From the NCBI RefSeq assembly GCF_050469745.1, contig NZ_CP174123.1, positions 1 to 64,000 on the forward strand: DNA of 64,000 nucleotides, in the 5' to 3' direction. This DNA comes from Providencia lanzhouensis (lineage in GTDB: Bacteria > Pseudomonadota > Gammaproteobacteria > Enterobacterales > Enterobacteriaceae). Below the pieces are notes generated by a model. The model made no database searches. It was given only the letters and a program-made list of their open reading frames with translations, and had not been told where the DNA came from. The stretch's first letter is position 1, and each line of letters begins with the position of its first letter. Of this stretch, positions 13,196 through 22,678 are shown one piece after another. Both the position numbers and the translations under genes were made by a program.

Positions 13196-13214
13196 AATGT
13201 TATAACATAACATT
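13196..13214. promoter_or_regulatory. Zur box (zinc-uptake regulator operator) upstream of ykgO
   Basis: aatgttat-aac-ataacatt is a palindrome of perfect 8-bp arms and matches the E. coli Zur-box core (TGTTATA...TATAACA). It lies ~43 bp upstream of the ykgO GTG. Confidence 0.65.
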
Positions 13215-13364
13215 CATGGGATATGACAATAATCGAATTAAAATCATCCCGCAATCATTTTTTGGGAAACTTTTGTATACTTAAGCCATTACTGACTCTC
13301 TGTCATTATTTATCAAATAGATACATTTCTATTTAATGAAATAGACCAATTTGAGGAAGATGAA

Positions 13365-14276
13365 ATGTATTACGGCTTTGACATGGGCGGCACCAAAATT
13401 GAATTAGCAGTGTTCGACCAAGCGCTCAATCAAGTGTGGCAAAAACGTGTTCCAACCCCCAAAGATGACTATCTCGCGTTGCTCAATGCTTTTCGTGATT
13501 TAACGGCTGAAGCCGATGCGCAGTTTAACTGCCAAGGTAAAATTGGCATTGGTGTTCCGGGGATCGTCAATCACGCAGAAGGCGTGGTATTTACGACCAA
13601 TGTCCCAAGCGCACAATACAAACCTTTCATTCATGACCTAACCAAGCTGTTAAATCGCCCAGTTAGAGTTGAAAATGATGCCAACTGCTTTGCCTTATCA
13701 GAAGCGTGGGATCCTGAATTCAAGCGTTACCCTAGCGTGTTAGGTTTGATTCTGGGCACTGGTGTTGGTGGCGGTTTCGTCATCAACGGCAAGGTCTTAT
13801 CAGGGAAAAATGGCATTGCTGGGGAAATCGGACACATGAACATGAGTGTTCGTGCTGCAAAATATCTCGGGGACACCGTACCTGAAATTGTCTGTGGTTG
13901 CGGTCAAACAGCCTGTTTTGAAACCTACCTTTCAGGCCCCGGTTTCGAACGTATTTATGCCGCATTTACCGGTGAGAAACGCTCTGCTATCGAGATTATT
14001 GAACGTTATCACAACGGTGACATCGCTGCGAAACAGCATGTTGAACGCTATATGATGGTGCTGGCGATGTTTATGGGGCAAGTTATTACTGTCTTTGACC
14101 CTGACTTAGTGGTGATTGGCGGCGGCTTGTCACAATTTGATGAAATTTATCGCCTATTACCGGAAATGGTACCTCAATATCTTTATGGTATTGCGAAAAT
14201 GCCCGTTATCGAAAAAGCCCGTTATGGTGCCTCTGGTGGTGCCCGTGGTGCTGCATTTTTGAACCTGGTCGATTAA
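13365..14276 (+). CDS. nagK: N-acetyl-D-glucosamine kinase (ROK family)
   Basis: 303 aa starting MYYGFDMGGTKIELAVFDQ (E. coli NagK starts MYYGFDIGGTKIALGVFD). ROK zinc motif CGCGQTACFETYLSG is present. Confidence 0.9.
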   Translation: MYYGFDMGGTKIELAVFDQALNQVWQKRVPTPKDDYLALLNAFRDLTAEADAQFNCQGKIGIGVPGIVNHAEGVVFTTNVPSAQYKPFIHDLTKLLNRPVRVENDANCFALSEAWDPEFKRYPSVLGLILGTGVGGGFVINGKVLSGKNGIAGEIGHMNMSVRAAKYLGDTVPEIVCGCGQTACFETYLSGPGFERIYAAFTGEKRSAIEIIERYHNGDIAAKQHVERYMMVLAMFMGQVITVFDPDLVVIGGGLSQFDEIYRLLPEMVPQYLYGIAKMPVIEKARYGASGGARGAAFLNLVD

Positions 14277-14346
14277 TTTTCCGCACTCATTAATACCCGT
14301 ACTTAATGTCCGCAAACTGCTCTTTCCGCACATTATTCCGCAATCG

Positions 14347-14382
14347 CATCTCTACTCTTTCGACTTATCGAGAGTAGAGATG
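14347..14382. other. Perfect 12-bp-stem hairpin in the nagK–yqiJ intergenic region, next to four spaced TCCGCA repeats (14284..14346)
   Basis: Stems catctctactct / agagtagagatg with a 12-nt loop and no flanking U-run, so it is not a canonical terminator. The repeats are ttccgcactc, gtccgcaaac, ttccgcacat and ttccgcaatc. Confidence 0.4.
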
Positions 14383-14705
14383 ACCAATACCTCAAAATCA
14401 CCAAAATATAATTGAGAATAGTTATCATCTTTGTTATTTTTAATTAAATTAGCTAATAATCAACAAGTTAAATCTTTTTTCTTTTTCAGATTAACTACAG
14501 AAAATTAACCATAGAAATCAGCGAGATAATCTAGAAACTAGACTTAGACTAGTCCTATGTTGTTAACGCGAAAAGAGCTTATGATTAACGTGGTTTTGCT
14601 CATTTTTAGATAAATTCGCGATAAAAACACAGTTAAAGGCCATACACGTAACAGACAGATACCCGCTAAAGTCACATTCAGCCACTTAACTAAAGAGAAA
14701 AATAA

Positions 14706-15344
14706 ATGAATTTGTTTTTAGAAAATTGCTTGGCTTTCCCAACCATTATCTTTAGCGGTTTACTGATTATTGTCCTGTTTTACTGGCTTTGTGCCGCTTT
14801 TGGTCTGTTAGATATTGATTTATTTAATATCGATACCGAATTGGATGCTGACGGCATCGATCTCACTGGCTTTGCTGGCTGGCTGACAAAACTTGGTTTA
14901 GCCGGAATTCCCGTCACCATTATCTTGACGCTATTCACCCTCTTCGGCTGGCTGATTAGCTACTTTGCTGCGCATTTATTCCTACGCTTTATTGATATGA
15001 CCTTGCTGCGTTACGCCGTTGGAGTCACGTCGCTAGTGATCACCGCCTTTATTTCCCTGCACTTAACCGCCATTTGCCTAAAACCCATCCGTAGCCGACT
15101 GGTTAATATTAATAAACCCAAAACGGTTCATCAGCTAATGGGAAAATTGGCAACCGTGCGCTCAGGGACTGTCACAGAACAAAATGGGGAAGCCACCTTA
15201 GAAGATGGCGGTGCGGGGCTGATTTTGCAGGTTAGAGCACCTAGCGCCGAAAATATTAAACGCGGGGATCGCGTCGTTATCATCAGTTATGACCCTCAAT
15301 CCCACAGTTACCAAGTTGTCACCGAGAACGAATTCAGGCAGTAA
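14706..15344 (+). CDS. yqiJ: NfeD-family membrane protein (YqiJ-like; N-terminal TM region plus C-terminal OB-fold)
   Basis: 212 aa with an N-terminal multi-TM segment and a soluble C-terminal beta-rich domain (…ATVRSGTVTEQNGEATLEDGGAGLILQVRAPSAENIKRGDRVVIISYDP…). It sits directly upstream of the flotillin gene, as in E. coli yqiJK. Confidence 0.75.
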   Translation: MNLFLENCLAFPTIIFSGLLIIVLFYWLCAAFGLLDIDLFNIDTELDADGIDLTGFAGWLTKLGLAGIPVTIILTLFTLFGWLISYFAAHLFLRFIDMTLLRYAVGVTSLVITAFISLHLTAICLKPIRSRLVNINKPKTVHQLMGKLATVRSGTVTEQNGEATLEDGGAGLILQVRAPSAENIKRGDRVVIISYDPQSHSYQVVTENEFRQ

Positions 15345-15418
15345 ACACAAAAAATAAACTACCTACTTTGCTAATTAATAAAGAATGACGACATCGTCAG
15401 AACCCATGGAGAAAAAAT

Positions 15419-17620
15419 ATGGATTTGGCTGAATACATGCCTTTTTTAACGGTTGTTGGGGGAGTGATCATCATCATTCTTGGGTTCTTTGGTTTATTTA
15501 AAGCCTTCTACATCAAAGTCCCTCAAGGTACCGCTCTGATTGTCAACGACATGTCGTCACAACCAAAAGTGCATTTCACGGGTGCGTTAGTGTATCCCGT
15601 TATCTACAAGAAAGAGTTTATGCGCATTTCGCTGCTGACGCTGGAAGTGGATCGCCGTGGTAAAGACGGCTTAATTTGCCAAGATAATTTACGTGCAGAT
15701 ATCACTGTTGCCTTCTATCTGCGTGTTAATGAAACCACCGAAGACGTCTTAAAAGTAGCAAAAGCCATCGGTGTTGAGCGCGCCTCTGACCATCAAGCCG
15801 TCAGCGCCCTATTCAGCGCTAAATTCTCTGAAGCCCTGAAAACGGTTGGTAAGCAATTAGAATTAGCCAAACTGTTTGAAGACCGTCAAAGCTTCCGTGA
15901 CCGTATTGTTGATGTGATTGGTAAAGACCTTAATGGTTACGCGCTAGAAGACGTAGCAATCGACTATTTAGAACAAACGCCGAAATCTGCCCTCGATCCG
16001 AATAATATTTTCGACTCCGAAGGTATTCGCAAAATCACTGAAATTACCGCTATCCACAATATCGAAACTAACCAAAAAGAGCGCGACCAAGAGTTAGCTA
16101 TCAAAAAGAAAAACGTGGAAACCCGCGAAGCGAGCTTAGCATTAGAGCGCCAACAAGCCGACGCTGAAGCCCGTCAAAAACGTGAAATTGATAATATCCG
16201 TGCACGAGAACAAGCTGAAACCCTACGCGTTCAAGAAGAAGAGCGCCTCAAGTCAGAGCAAGCGCGTATTCAAACTCAGCAAGAAATTGAAATTCGTGAA
16301 GAAAACCGCATGCGTGAAGTGGAAGTGGCTCAACAGAACCGCACCCGCGCCGTGGCTATCGAAGAAGAGCGTGTCAACCGTGCTCGCGAGCTAGAAATTG
16401 TCGCCCGTGAACGTGAAGTTGAGCTGCAACGTATTGAAAAAGAAAAAGCGCTAGAAGAAGAACGTAAAAATATCTCTAACGTGATCCGCGAACGTGTTGC
16501 CGTCGAAAAAACCGTCGCGCAGGAAGAGGAACGTATCAAGGAAGTCCGCGAAATTTCAGAAGCTGAGCGTATGAAGCAAGTCACCGTGATCAACGCCCAA
16601 GCGGAAGCTGAAGAAGCCTTAGTCCGCCAGGTGAAAAAAGCCGAAGCCGATGAAGCAAGTGCCAAGCACCGTGCAGAAGAAATCAGTACTATGGCACAAG
16701 CAGAACTGGAAGCTTCCGCCAAACAAGCTGAAGCCAAAAAACGCTTAGCGGAAGGGATTGAAGCAGAACATGCAGCATTAGGCTTAGCAGAAGCCCGTGT
16801 TCGCCAAGCCACTGCCGAAGCTGAAGAGAAAGAAGGTCTGGTTCAAGCCAATATCACCGCGGAAAAACTGTTAGCCGAAGCTCGTGGTCTGAAAGAAAAA
16901 GGCTTAACCGAAGCGCAAGTGATGGAAGCTAAAGCGAACGCCGAACGCCAGCAAGGTTTTGCCGAAGCGAAAATTCTGGAAGAAAAATTGGCAGCGCAGG
17001 CTCGTGGTGAAGAACAACAAGCCAACGCGAAAGAAAAACTGGGCTTGGCAGATGCAAAAGTCTTGGAAGAAAAACTGGCAGCCCAAGCTCGCGGTGAAGG
17101 TCAATTAGGGGCAGCGCAAGCCGAAGTGATTCGCCAGCGTCTGAAAGCGGAAGCTGACGGTCTGACTGATAAATTCCAATCTATGGATCACCTCAGTGAT
17201 ACGGCTCGTTCACATGAAGAGTTCCGTATGCGCCTTGAGAAAGAGTTCGAGCAATCCATGGCATCCATTGAAGCGAATAAAGAAATTGCTCGCGAGCAAG
17301 CGGATGTCCTGGCTGCGGCACTGAGCAAAACCAACATCGAAATTGTGGGCGGTGATGGCGACTTCTTTAACACCTTCTCCAAAGCGCTGAGCTTGGGTAA
17401 AGCCGTTGATGGGTTTATGGATAAAAGTAGCTTTGCCAAAGATAACCTTGAAAAGTTAGTCAATCGAGTCACAGAAGAGAAGAAAATTGATATCGCGTCC
17501 TTACTGCAACACCCTGAAGTCAAAGATTTAATCAATGGTTTTATGGCTGCAAAAAGCGCACCACAAACAGCGAAAAACATCGTGAACAAACCCGTGTCTT
17601 ACGATGATAACCAAAGCTAA
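15419..17620 (+). CDS. yqiK: Flotillin-like SPFH/band-7 protein (YqiK-like) with an unusually long coiled coil
   Basis: 733 aa with an N-terminal TM segment and SPFH domain (residues ~30-200). A ~450-residue E/A/R/Q/K-rich coiled coil follows and contains a 29-aa tandem duplication. E. coli YqiK is 553 aa. Confidence 0.85.
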   Translation: MDLAEYMPFLTVVGGVIIIILGFFGLFKAFYIKVPQGTALIVNDMSSQPKVHFTGALVYPVIYKKEFMRISLLTLEVDRRGKDGLICQDNLRADITVAFYLRVNETTEDVLKVAKAIGVERASDHQAVSALFSAKFSEALKTVGKQLELAKLFEDRQSFRDRIVDVIGKDLNGYALEDVAIDYLEQTPKSALDPNNIFDSEGIRKITEITAIHNIETNQKERDQELAIKKKNVETREASLALERQQADAEARQKREIDNIRAREQAETLRVQEEERLKSEQARIQTQQEIEIREENRMREVEVAQQNRTRAVAIEEERVNRARELEIVAREREVELQRIEKEKALEEERKNISNVIRERVAVEKTVAQEEERIKEVREISEAERMKQVTVINAQAEAEEALVRQVKKAEADEASAKHRAEEISTMAQAELEASAKQAEAKKRLAEGIEAEHAALGLAEARVRQATAEAEEKEGLVQANITAEKLLAEARGLKEKGLTEAQVMEAKANAERQQGFAEAKILEEKLAAQARGEEQQANAKEKLGLADAKVLEEKLAAQARGEGQLGAAQAEVIRQRLKAEADGLTDKFQSMDHLSDTARSHEEFRMRLEKEFEQSMASIEANKEIAREQADVLAAALSKTNIEIVGGDGDFFNTFSKALSLGKAVDGFMDKSSFAKDNLEKLVNRVTEEKKIDIASLLQHPEVKDLINGFMAAKSAPQTAKNIVNKPVSYDDNQS
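16967..17100 (+). repeat. 87-bp (29-codon) in-frame tandem duplication inside the flotillin coiled coil
   Basis: gcgaaaattctggaagaaaaattggcagcgcaggctcgtggtgaag (16967..17012) is matched by gcaaaagtcttggaagaaaaactggcagcccaagctcgcggtgaag (17054..17099), an 87-nt offset. Protein repeat: AKILEEKLAAQARGEEQ... / AKVLEEKLAAQARGEGQ... Confidence 0.7.
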
Positions 17621-17663
17621 TTTATCAATATTCAGGCTTTTCAAGTAAGTTTTATACCTCATC

Positions 17664-17696
17664 CCGCCAAGTTGCAGCACATAGGCAACTTGGCGG
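17664..17696 (+). terminator. Hairpin (attenuator/partial terminator) between the flotillin gene and the giant ORF
   Basis: 12-bp perfect stem ccgccaagttgc / gcaacttggcgg with loop agcacatag, followed by tttatgagcgtatcttttttt. Confidence 0.5.
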
Positions 17697-17740
17697 TTTA
17701 TGAGCGTATCTTTTTTTAAGACCAAGGAAATTCGTTAAAC

Positions 17741-20536
17741 ATGTCAGAAACCCAAGATGTGAATCGCGAACAGGAAATTCTCGACAGTGCCGTCGCGGAA
17801 GGTGGTGCGTACGAAATATTACGCAAGCGCTTAACCGAACAAGGGCAGCAACTTCACCAAAAAGCAGCTCAACTCAACGACAGCCGGTTGACTGAATTTG
17901 GTCAAAGCCAGATGGACATTATCGGGCGTATCCGTATTCGTACCGAAAATAACTGCCAAGCAAGGGACATTGTCCGTGTCGGTGACTGGCTGCTATTTGG
18001 CTATAACGTTTTTCTGGGTCTGAAAAAAGAAACTCACATTGAAGATGTTTTTTCCTTATATCAACTCACTGAAAATGAAGGTGATTTTGATGTAATCTCT
18101 GTCCCTTACGAAGAGACATTCCTCAATGATACGCGCTTTGTTCAGGATTTTACTGAGCTATATACCTATTACAAAAACACGCAATTACTGCAATTGGTCG
18201 AGCGTGATGGCAAGCTGTTAGCCAGCTTCCAAATTGGTGATCGGTTAACCGACGTGCGTGTTTTCCGCTGGTCAATTTCCAGCGATAAATCCCGCATCGA
18301 ATACATCGATAACCGGGGTGAACGTGATATCGCCCTACCCCCCACCAATGATTTCGAATGGGTACGTACTACGCGGGAAAATACCGTTAATGGACGCTAT
18401 CCTCACATTAATATTCTCGATACCGTCTTTGTGGAAACCATCGGCGGCGACCTAACCATCAAATGTGAAAATAATACCGAAGATGGGTTGGGCATATACC
18501 GCGAAGCGGTACTCGATAAAAACCAATCCCTCGATGACGCCCAAATTGAATATGCTCAGACTGGCAGCCTAATTTTACTCAAAATCTTGCCATACCGCGA
18601 AGAGAGCTGGCGCTATCTGGTTTACAACATTCTGAATCAAACCGTTCACCGTATTGATGCCATAGGGCAAGCGTGCGTGCAGTTGCCGGAAGATCACGGA
18701 ATTATCTTCCCAGGGGGTTACTACCTGCAAAACGGGGAGTACAAAACCTTCGAGCAACCAATGGATGGCATGCGTTTTCGTCGTCTGCGCCGCTCACCCA
18801 ACGGGGAAGATGTGCTGTATGTGTTTTATTCCCCGAACCAAGGTCGTATCGCCCTTTTCAATTACAATTTAATTGAACGTAAACTTGCCGTACCATTAAT
18901 CGGTCATGGTTATGCCATGCTCGAAGATGGCAAAATGGTGCTGTTCGAAGGGGAAGGTGACGAAGCCACTCGCGTTCACCCTATGCAGGTGTGGCAAACC
19001 CCATTCTATTCTGACGAATTTGCCGATAAGCAGCCGCCACGGGGTGGGTTTCTTGGGCGTATCGGTAATGCCGATTTAGTCCGCGGGATCTCCGAAATTC
19101 TCCATGTCGCCAAAGAGATTGAAGGCAACCAAGTTTCCGTTTCCCGCTATGAACAGCTCAGCCAGCAACCTAAAAACTTGCTGGATATTTTCTATTGGTT
19201 TAATGACGAACAATGCTTAGGTATTGGCAAACTCTTAAAAGAGATCGCTCAAACCAGTGAGTTGGTACTCGACGAATACGAGAAAGTCGAAAGCATCCGC
19301 CAGCAATCCGTCAAATCAATGAATGAGGCGGTCACTCGCCAACGCTCCTTACTGTCCCTCACATTGCCTGAAGGATGGACGGATATTCAACAATTTGTAG
19401 ATGGGCTAAACGCCTTAAATGCCCAACAAGGGCATCTGATTTCATTGCGAGAATTCCGCTATATGGATCTCACAAAACTCAGTGAGATGGAAAATGAAAT
19501 CACCGAAGCACAGCAACGCGTTTCCCAAGGCACTGCGCAATTTCTTGCCAGCAACAAAGCTCTGCAACCGTTTAAAACTCAGCTCGCGACCTTTGAAGAG
19601 TTAATTGAAAAAGCACAAACCAGCGCGCAGTTAGATGTCCCAATGAATGACATGGAAAAAATGTCAGCGGATTTGGACATGCTCTCTAATTTAATGGCTT
19701 CATTGAGTTTTGATGATGTCACCTTACAGACCCATATCATCGATGCCATTTCGCACATTTATGCCCAGTTAAACCAGTCCCGCGCCCGTTTGCAGCAAAA
19801 ACGTAAATCTCAAACTAGCATTGAGAGCGTGGCGCAATTTGGGGCGCAGTTCCGCCTATTTAGCCAAGGTATCACCAACGCATTATCCCTCGCGACTGAC
19901 CCAGAACGTTGTGATGATCAGTTATCCCGATTGCTGGTTCAATTAGAAGAGCTAGAAAGTCAGTTTAGCCATCACGATGAATTTCTTGATGATATTCTGG
20001 CAAAACGCGAAGAATTACTGGAAACGTTTGAATCCCATAAACAAATCCTGATTGATGACCGCCAGCGCCGTTCGCAGAATTTATTAACGGCCGCCGACCG
20101 CTTATTAGAAAGCCTTCAACGCCGTACTGTACGCTTGCAAAACCAAGATGAACTGAATGCGTTTTTTGCTACCGACCCGCTCGCACAAAAAACCCGTGAA
20201 ATCATCGAGAAACTACGAGAAATCAACGATAACGTCAAAGCTGACGATATCGATGCCAGACTCAAAGCCTCTCGTGACCAAGCCATTCGCATTTTGCGGG
20301 ATAAAACCGATATCTTTGAAGATGGCGGCAACATTATTAAGCTGGGTCGCCACCGTTTCAGTGTTAACACCCAAGAGCTTGACCTGACTATCTTGCCAAA
20401 AGATAACCAACTGTGGGTGTACCTCACCGGAACGGATTTCCAAGAACCCATTGAGAACGCCGAACTTACACAGTTGCAACCTTATTGGACAGCCAACCTT
20501 GAATCTGAATCTGATACCGTTTATCGCGCTGAATAG
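17741..20536 (+). CDS. Large coiled-coil protein, N-terminal part (931 aa), same frame as the next ORF
   Basis: No recognisable catalytic motif. It ends at a TAG (20534..20536) that lies in the same reading frame as the downstream 698-aa ORF. Confidence 0.6.
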   Translation: MSETQDVNREQEILDSAVAEGGAYEILRKRLTEQGQQLHQKAAQLNDSRLTEFGQSQMDIIGRIRIRTENNCQARDIVRVGDWLLFGYNVFLGLKKETHIEDVFSLYQLTENEGDFDVISVPYEETFLNDTRFVQDFTELYTYYKNTQLLQLVERDGKLLASFQIGDRLTDVRVFRWSISSDKSRIEYIDNRGERDIALPPTNDFEWVRTTRENTVNGRYPHINILDTVFVETIGGDLTIKCENNTEDGLGIYREAVLDKNQSLDDAQIEYAQTGSLILLKILPYREESWRYLVYNILNQTVHRIDAIGQACVQLPEDHGIIFPGGYYLQNGEYKTFEQPMDGMRFRRLRRSPNGEDVLYVFYSPNQGRIALFNYNLIERKLAVPLIGHGYAMLEDGKMVLFEGEGDEATRVHPMQVWQTPFYSDEFADKQPPRGGFLGRIGNADLVRGISEILHVAKEIEGNQVSVSRYEQLSQQPKNLLDIFYWFNDEQCLGIGKLLKEIAQTSELVLDEYEKVESIRQQSVKSMNEAVTRQRSLLSLTLPEGWTDIQQFVDGLNALNAQQGHLISLREFRYMDLTKLSEMENEITEAQQRVSQGTAQFLASNKALQPFKTQLATFEELIEKAQTSAQLDVPMNDMEKMSADLDMLSNLMASLSFDDVTLQTHIIDAISHIYAQLNQSRARLQQKRKSQTSIESVAQFGAQFRLFSQGITNALSLATDPERCDDQLSRLLVQLEELESQFSHHDEFLDDILAKREELLETFESHKQILIDDRQRRSQNLLTAADRLLESLQRRTVRLQNQDELNAFFATDPLAQKTREIIEKLREINDNVKADDIDARLKASRDQAIRILRDKTDIFEDGGNIIKLGRHRFSVNTQELDLTILPKDNQLWVYLTGTDFQEPIENAELTQLQPYWTANLESESDTVYRAE

Positions 20537-20581
20537 CTCGCGTACTCCATCATCTATGCCGCAGCAAAACGCCAAGATGGT

Positions 20582-22678
20582 TTGGATTACGACACCCTAA
20601 AAAGTGCGCTGTCTGCCCCTGAAAAAATCGACAAACTGGTGCGTGATTTTGCGGCTCCACGCTACAAAGAAGGCTACGAAAAAGGGATCCACGACCACGA
20701 CGCTATCGCGATATTGAAAAAGCTGATCCCGATTGGTGAAAGCGCGGATTTACTGCGCTTCAACCCAACAGCTCGCGCCATTGCGGCGATTTTTTGGCAT
20801 CACATTCAAAGCAACGAATACCCTGCCCAATGGCCAGAACGAGCCAGAACCGCGATGAATATCCGCCAGCTATTCAATAACGATGATGCCCTTTTAGATC
20901 TTCAAGCGGAGATCGAGGCAGATGTCAGCTTATTCCTGCAAGATAATCCAATTAATTGCCAAGCTCATGAGCAAGCTCAAGCTGCGGAATACCTCAGTTT
21001 TGCGTTAGCCAGAACGCCGATTGAATTGGTGTACAGCAAATATGCGCGGGACTTAGTGGCAGCACTACAAACGCGCTTAGAAGAAGCCCATATGTGGCTG
21101 GATTTCAATCATTCACAGCAAAACCTTGGCACTCGCTATGCTCAGCGCTGGGCGCTGTTGCAAAATTGGCTGCAAGGGCTGTGTTCGATTGACGAATTTG
21201 CACATTTACGTCCATACATTCCAGGCGCCATCGCCATTATTATCTTAGATAAAATGGCATCGGCACGTTATAGCGAAGCCGATTTATACTTTAAAGTTAC
21301 TGGATTACTGGGGGATCACCCGACAATCCACAACCAAACTCTCTCGTTAAGTTTGGATGACTTTTTCAGTCGAATGCGCGAACAGCGCAAGCAATTTATT
21401 CCAGCCTTCCGTAAATACCAAGCACTGCGTCAGCGCATTGTGAGTGAAGAGCGCAGCCGCCTAAAACTTCATGAGTTCAAAGCTAAGCCACTGAGCTCAT
21501 TTGTGCGTAACAAGCTGATCAATGACGTCTATTTACCGATTATCGGTGACAACATGGCGAAGCAAATTGGCGCTCTAGGCGAAAACAAGCGTACCGATTT
21601 AATGGGCTTGTTACTGATGATCTCCCCGCCAGGTTACGGTAAAACGACCCTGATGGAGTACGCGGCTGACCGCCTTGGTTTGATCTTTATGAAGATTAAT
21701 GGTCCTGCGCTTGGGCATGATGTGCTGTCCCTCGACCCAGAGCAAGCCCCGAATGCTACCGCCAGACAAGAGCTGGAAAAACTAAACCTCGCCCTCGAAA
21801 TGGGCAACAACGTGATGCTGTATGTGGATGATATTCAACATACTCACCCTGAATTTTTACAGAAATTTATCTCCCTGTGTGATGGAACCCGTCGCATCGA
21901 AGGGGTATGGAAAGACAAAACCAAAACCTACGATATGCGCGGTAAAAAATTCTGTGTTGTCATGGCGGGTAACCCGTATACCGAATCTGGCGAAGTGTTC
22001 CGTATCCCTGATATGCTCGCCAACCGTGCGGATATTTATAACCTGGGTGAAGTGCTCGGTGGGATGGATGATGCCTTTGCATTGAGCTACATAGAAAACA
22101 GCCTGACCTCAAACCCAGTATTAGCACCGTTGGCGCTGCGCGATTTAAATGATTTGTATTTGCTGGTGGATAAAGCCATGGGCAAATCAGTCTCCACTAA
22201 TGCACTCAGCTACCCGTATTCCGATGCGGAAGTAAATGAAATTACTGCGGTTATTTCCCGATTACTCAGCCTGCGCGATGTGGTTCTGAAGGTAAACCAG
22301 CAATATATTGCCAGTGCCGCACAGTCCGATAAATATCGAACCGAGCCGGCATTCCGCCTGCAAGGCAGCTACCGAAATATGAACAAGCTCAGCGAGAAAG
22401 TCTCTTCCGTTATGAATGATGATGAATTAGAGAGATTGCTGGATGACCATTATCTTGGGGAAGCGCAATTATTAACGACAGGTGCTGAAGAGAACTTATT
22501 GAAGCTGGCAGAATTACGCGGAAGGCTGAATGAGAAAGATGCAGCACGCTGGCAGCAAATCAAGAAAGATTTCTTGCGTAACAAAGCATTAGGTGGTGAT
22601 AATGCCGATGTGGGCGACCGCGTTGTCACTCAGCTCGCCCAACTGGTTGAAAGCGTACAATCTCTCGGACATCGATAA
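20582..22678 (+). CDS. MoxR-like AAA+ ATPase, C-terminal part of the giant ORF (ORF-track start is TTG)
   Basis: 698 aa. Walker A LMISPPGYGKTTLMEY, Walker B VMLYVDDIQ, and a MoxR/AAA_5-type sensor region VVMAGNPYTESGEVFRIPDMLANRADIY. It shares a frame with 17741..20536 (both start positions ≡ 2 mod 3), separated only by TAG plus 15 sense codons. There is no SD before the TTG. Confidence 0.6.
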   Translation: MDYDTLKSALSAPEKIDKLVRDFAAPRYKEGYEKGIHDHDAIAILKKLIPIGESADLLRFNPTARAIAAIFWHHIQSNEYPAQWPERARTAMNIRQLFNNDDALLDLQAEIEADVSLFLQDNPINCQAHEQAQAAEYLSFALARTPIELVYSKYARDLVAALQTRLEEAHMWLDFNHSQQNLGTRYAQRWALLQNWLQGLCSIDEFAHLRPYIPGAIAIIILDKMASARYSEADLYFKVTGLLGDHPTIHNQTLSLSLDDFFSRMREQRKQFIPAFRKYQALRQRIVSEERSRLKLHEFKAKPLSSFVRNKLINDVYLPIIGDNMAKQIGALGENKRTDLMGLLLMISPPGYGKTTLMEYAADRLGLIFMKINGPALGHDVLSLDPEQAPNATARQELEKLNLALEMGNNVMLYVDDIQHTHPEFLQKFISLCDGTRRIEGVWKDKTKTYDMRGKKFCVVMAGNPYTESGEVFRIPDMLANRADIYNLGEVLGGMDDAFALSYIENSLTSNPVLAPLALRDLNDLYLLVDKAMGKSVSTNALSYPYSDAEVNEITAVISRLLSLRDVVLKVNQQYIASAAQSDKYRTEPAFRLQGSYRNMNKLSEKVSSVMNDDELERLLDDHYLGEAQLLTTGAEENLLKLAELRGRLNEKDAARWQQIKKDFLRNKALGGDNADVGDRVVTQLAQLVESVQSLGHR

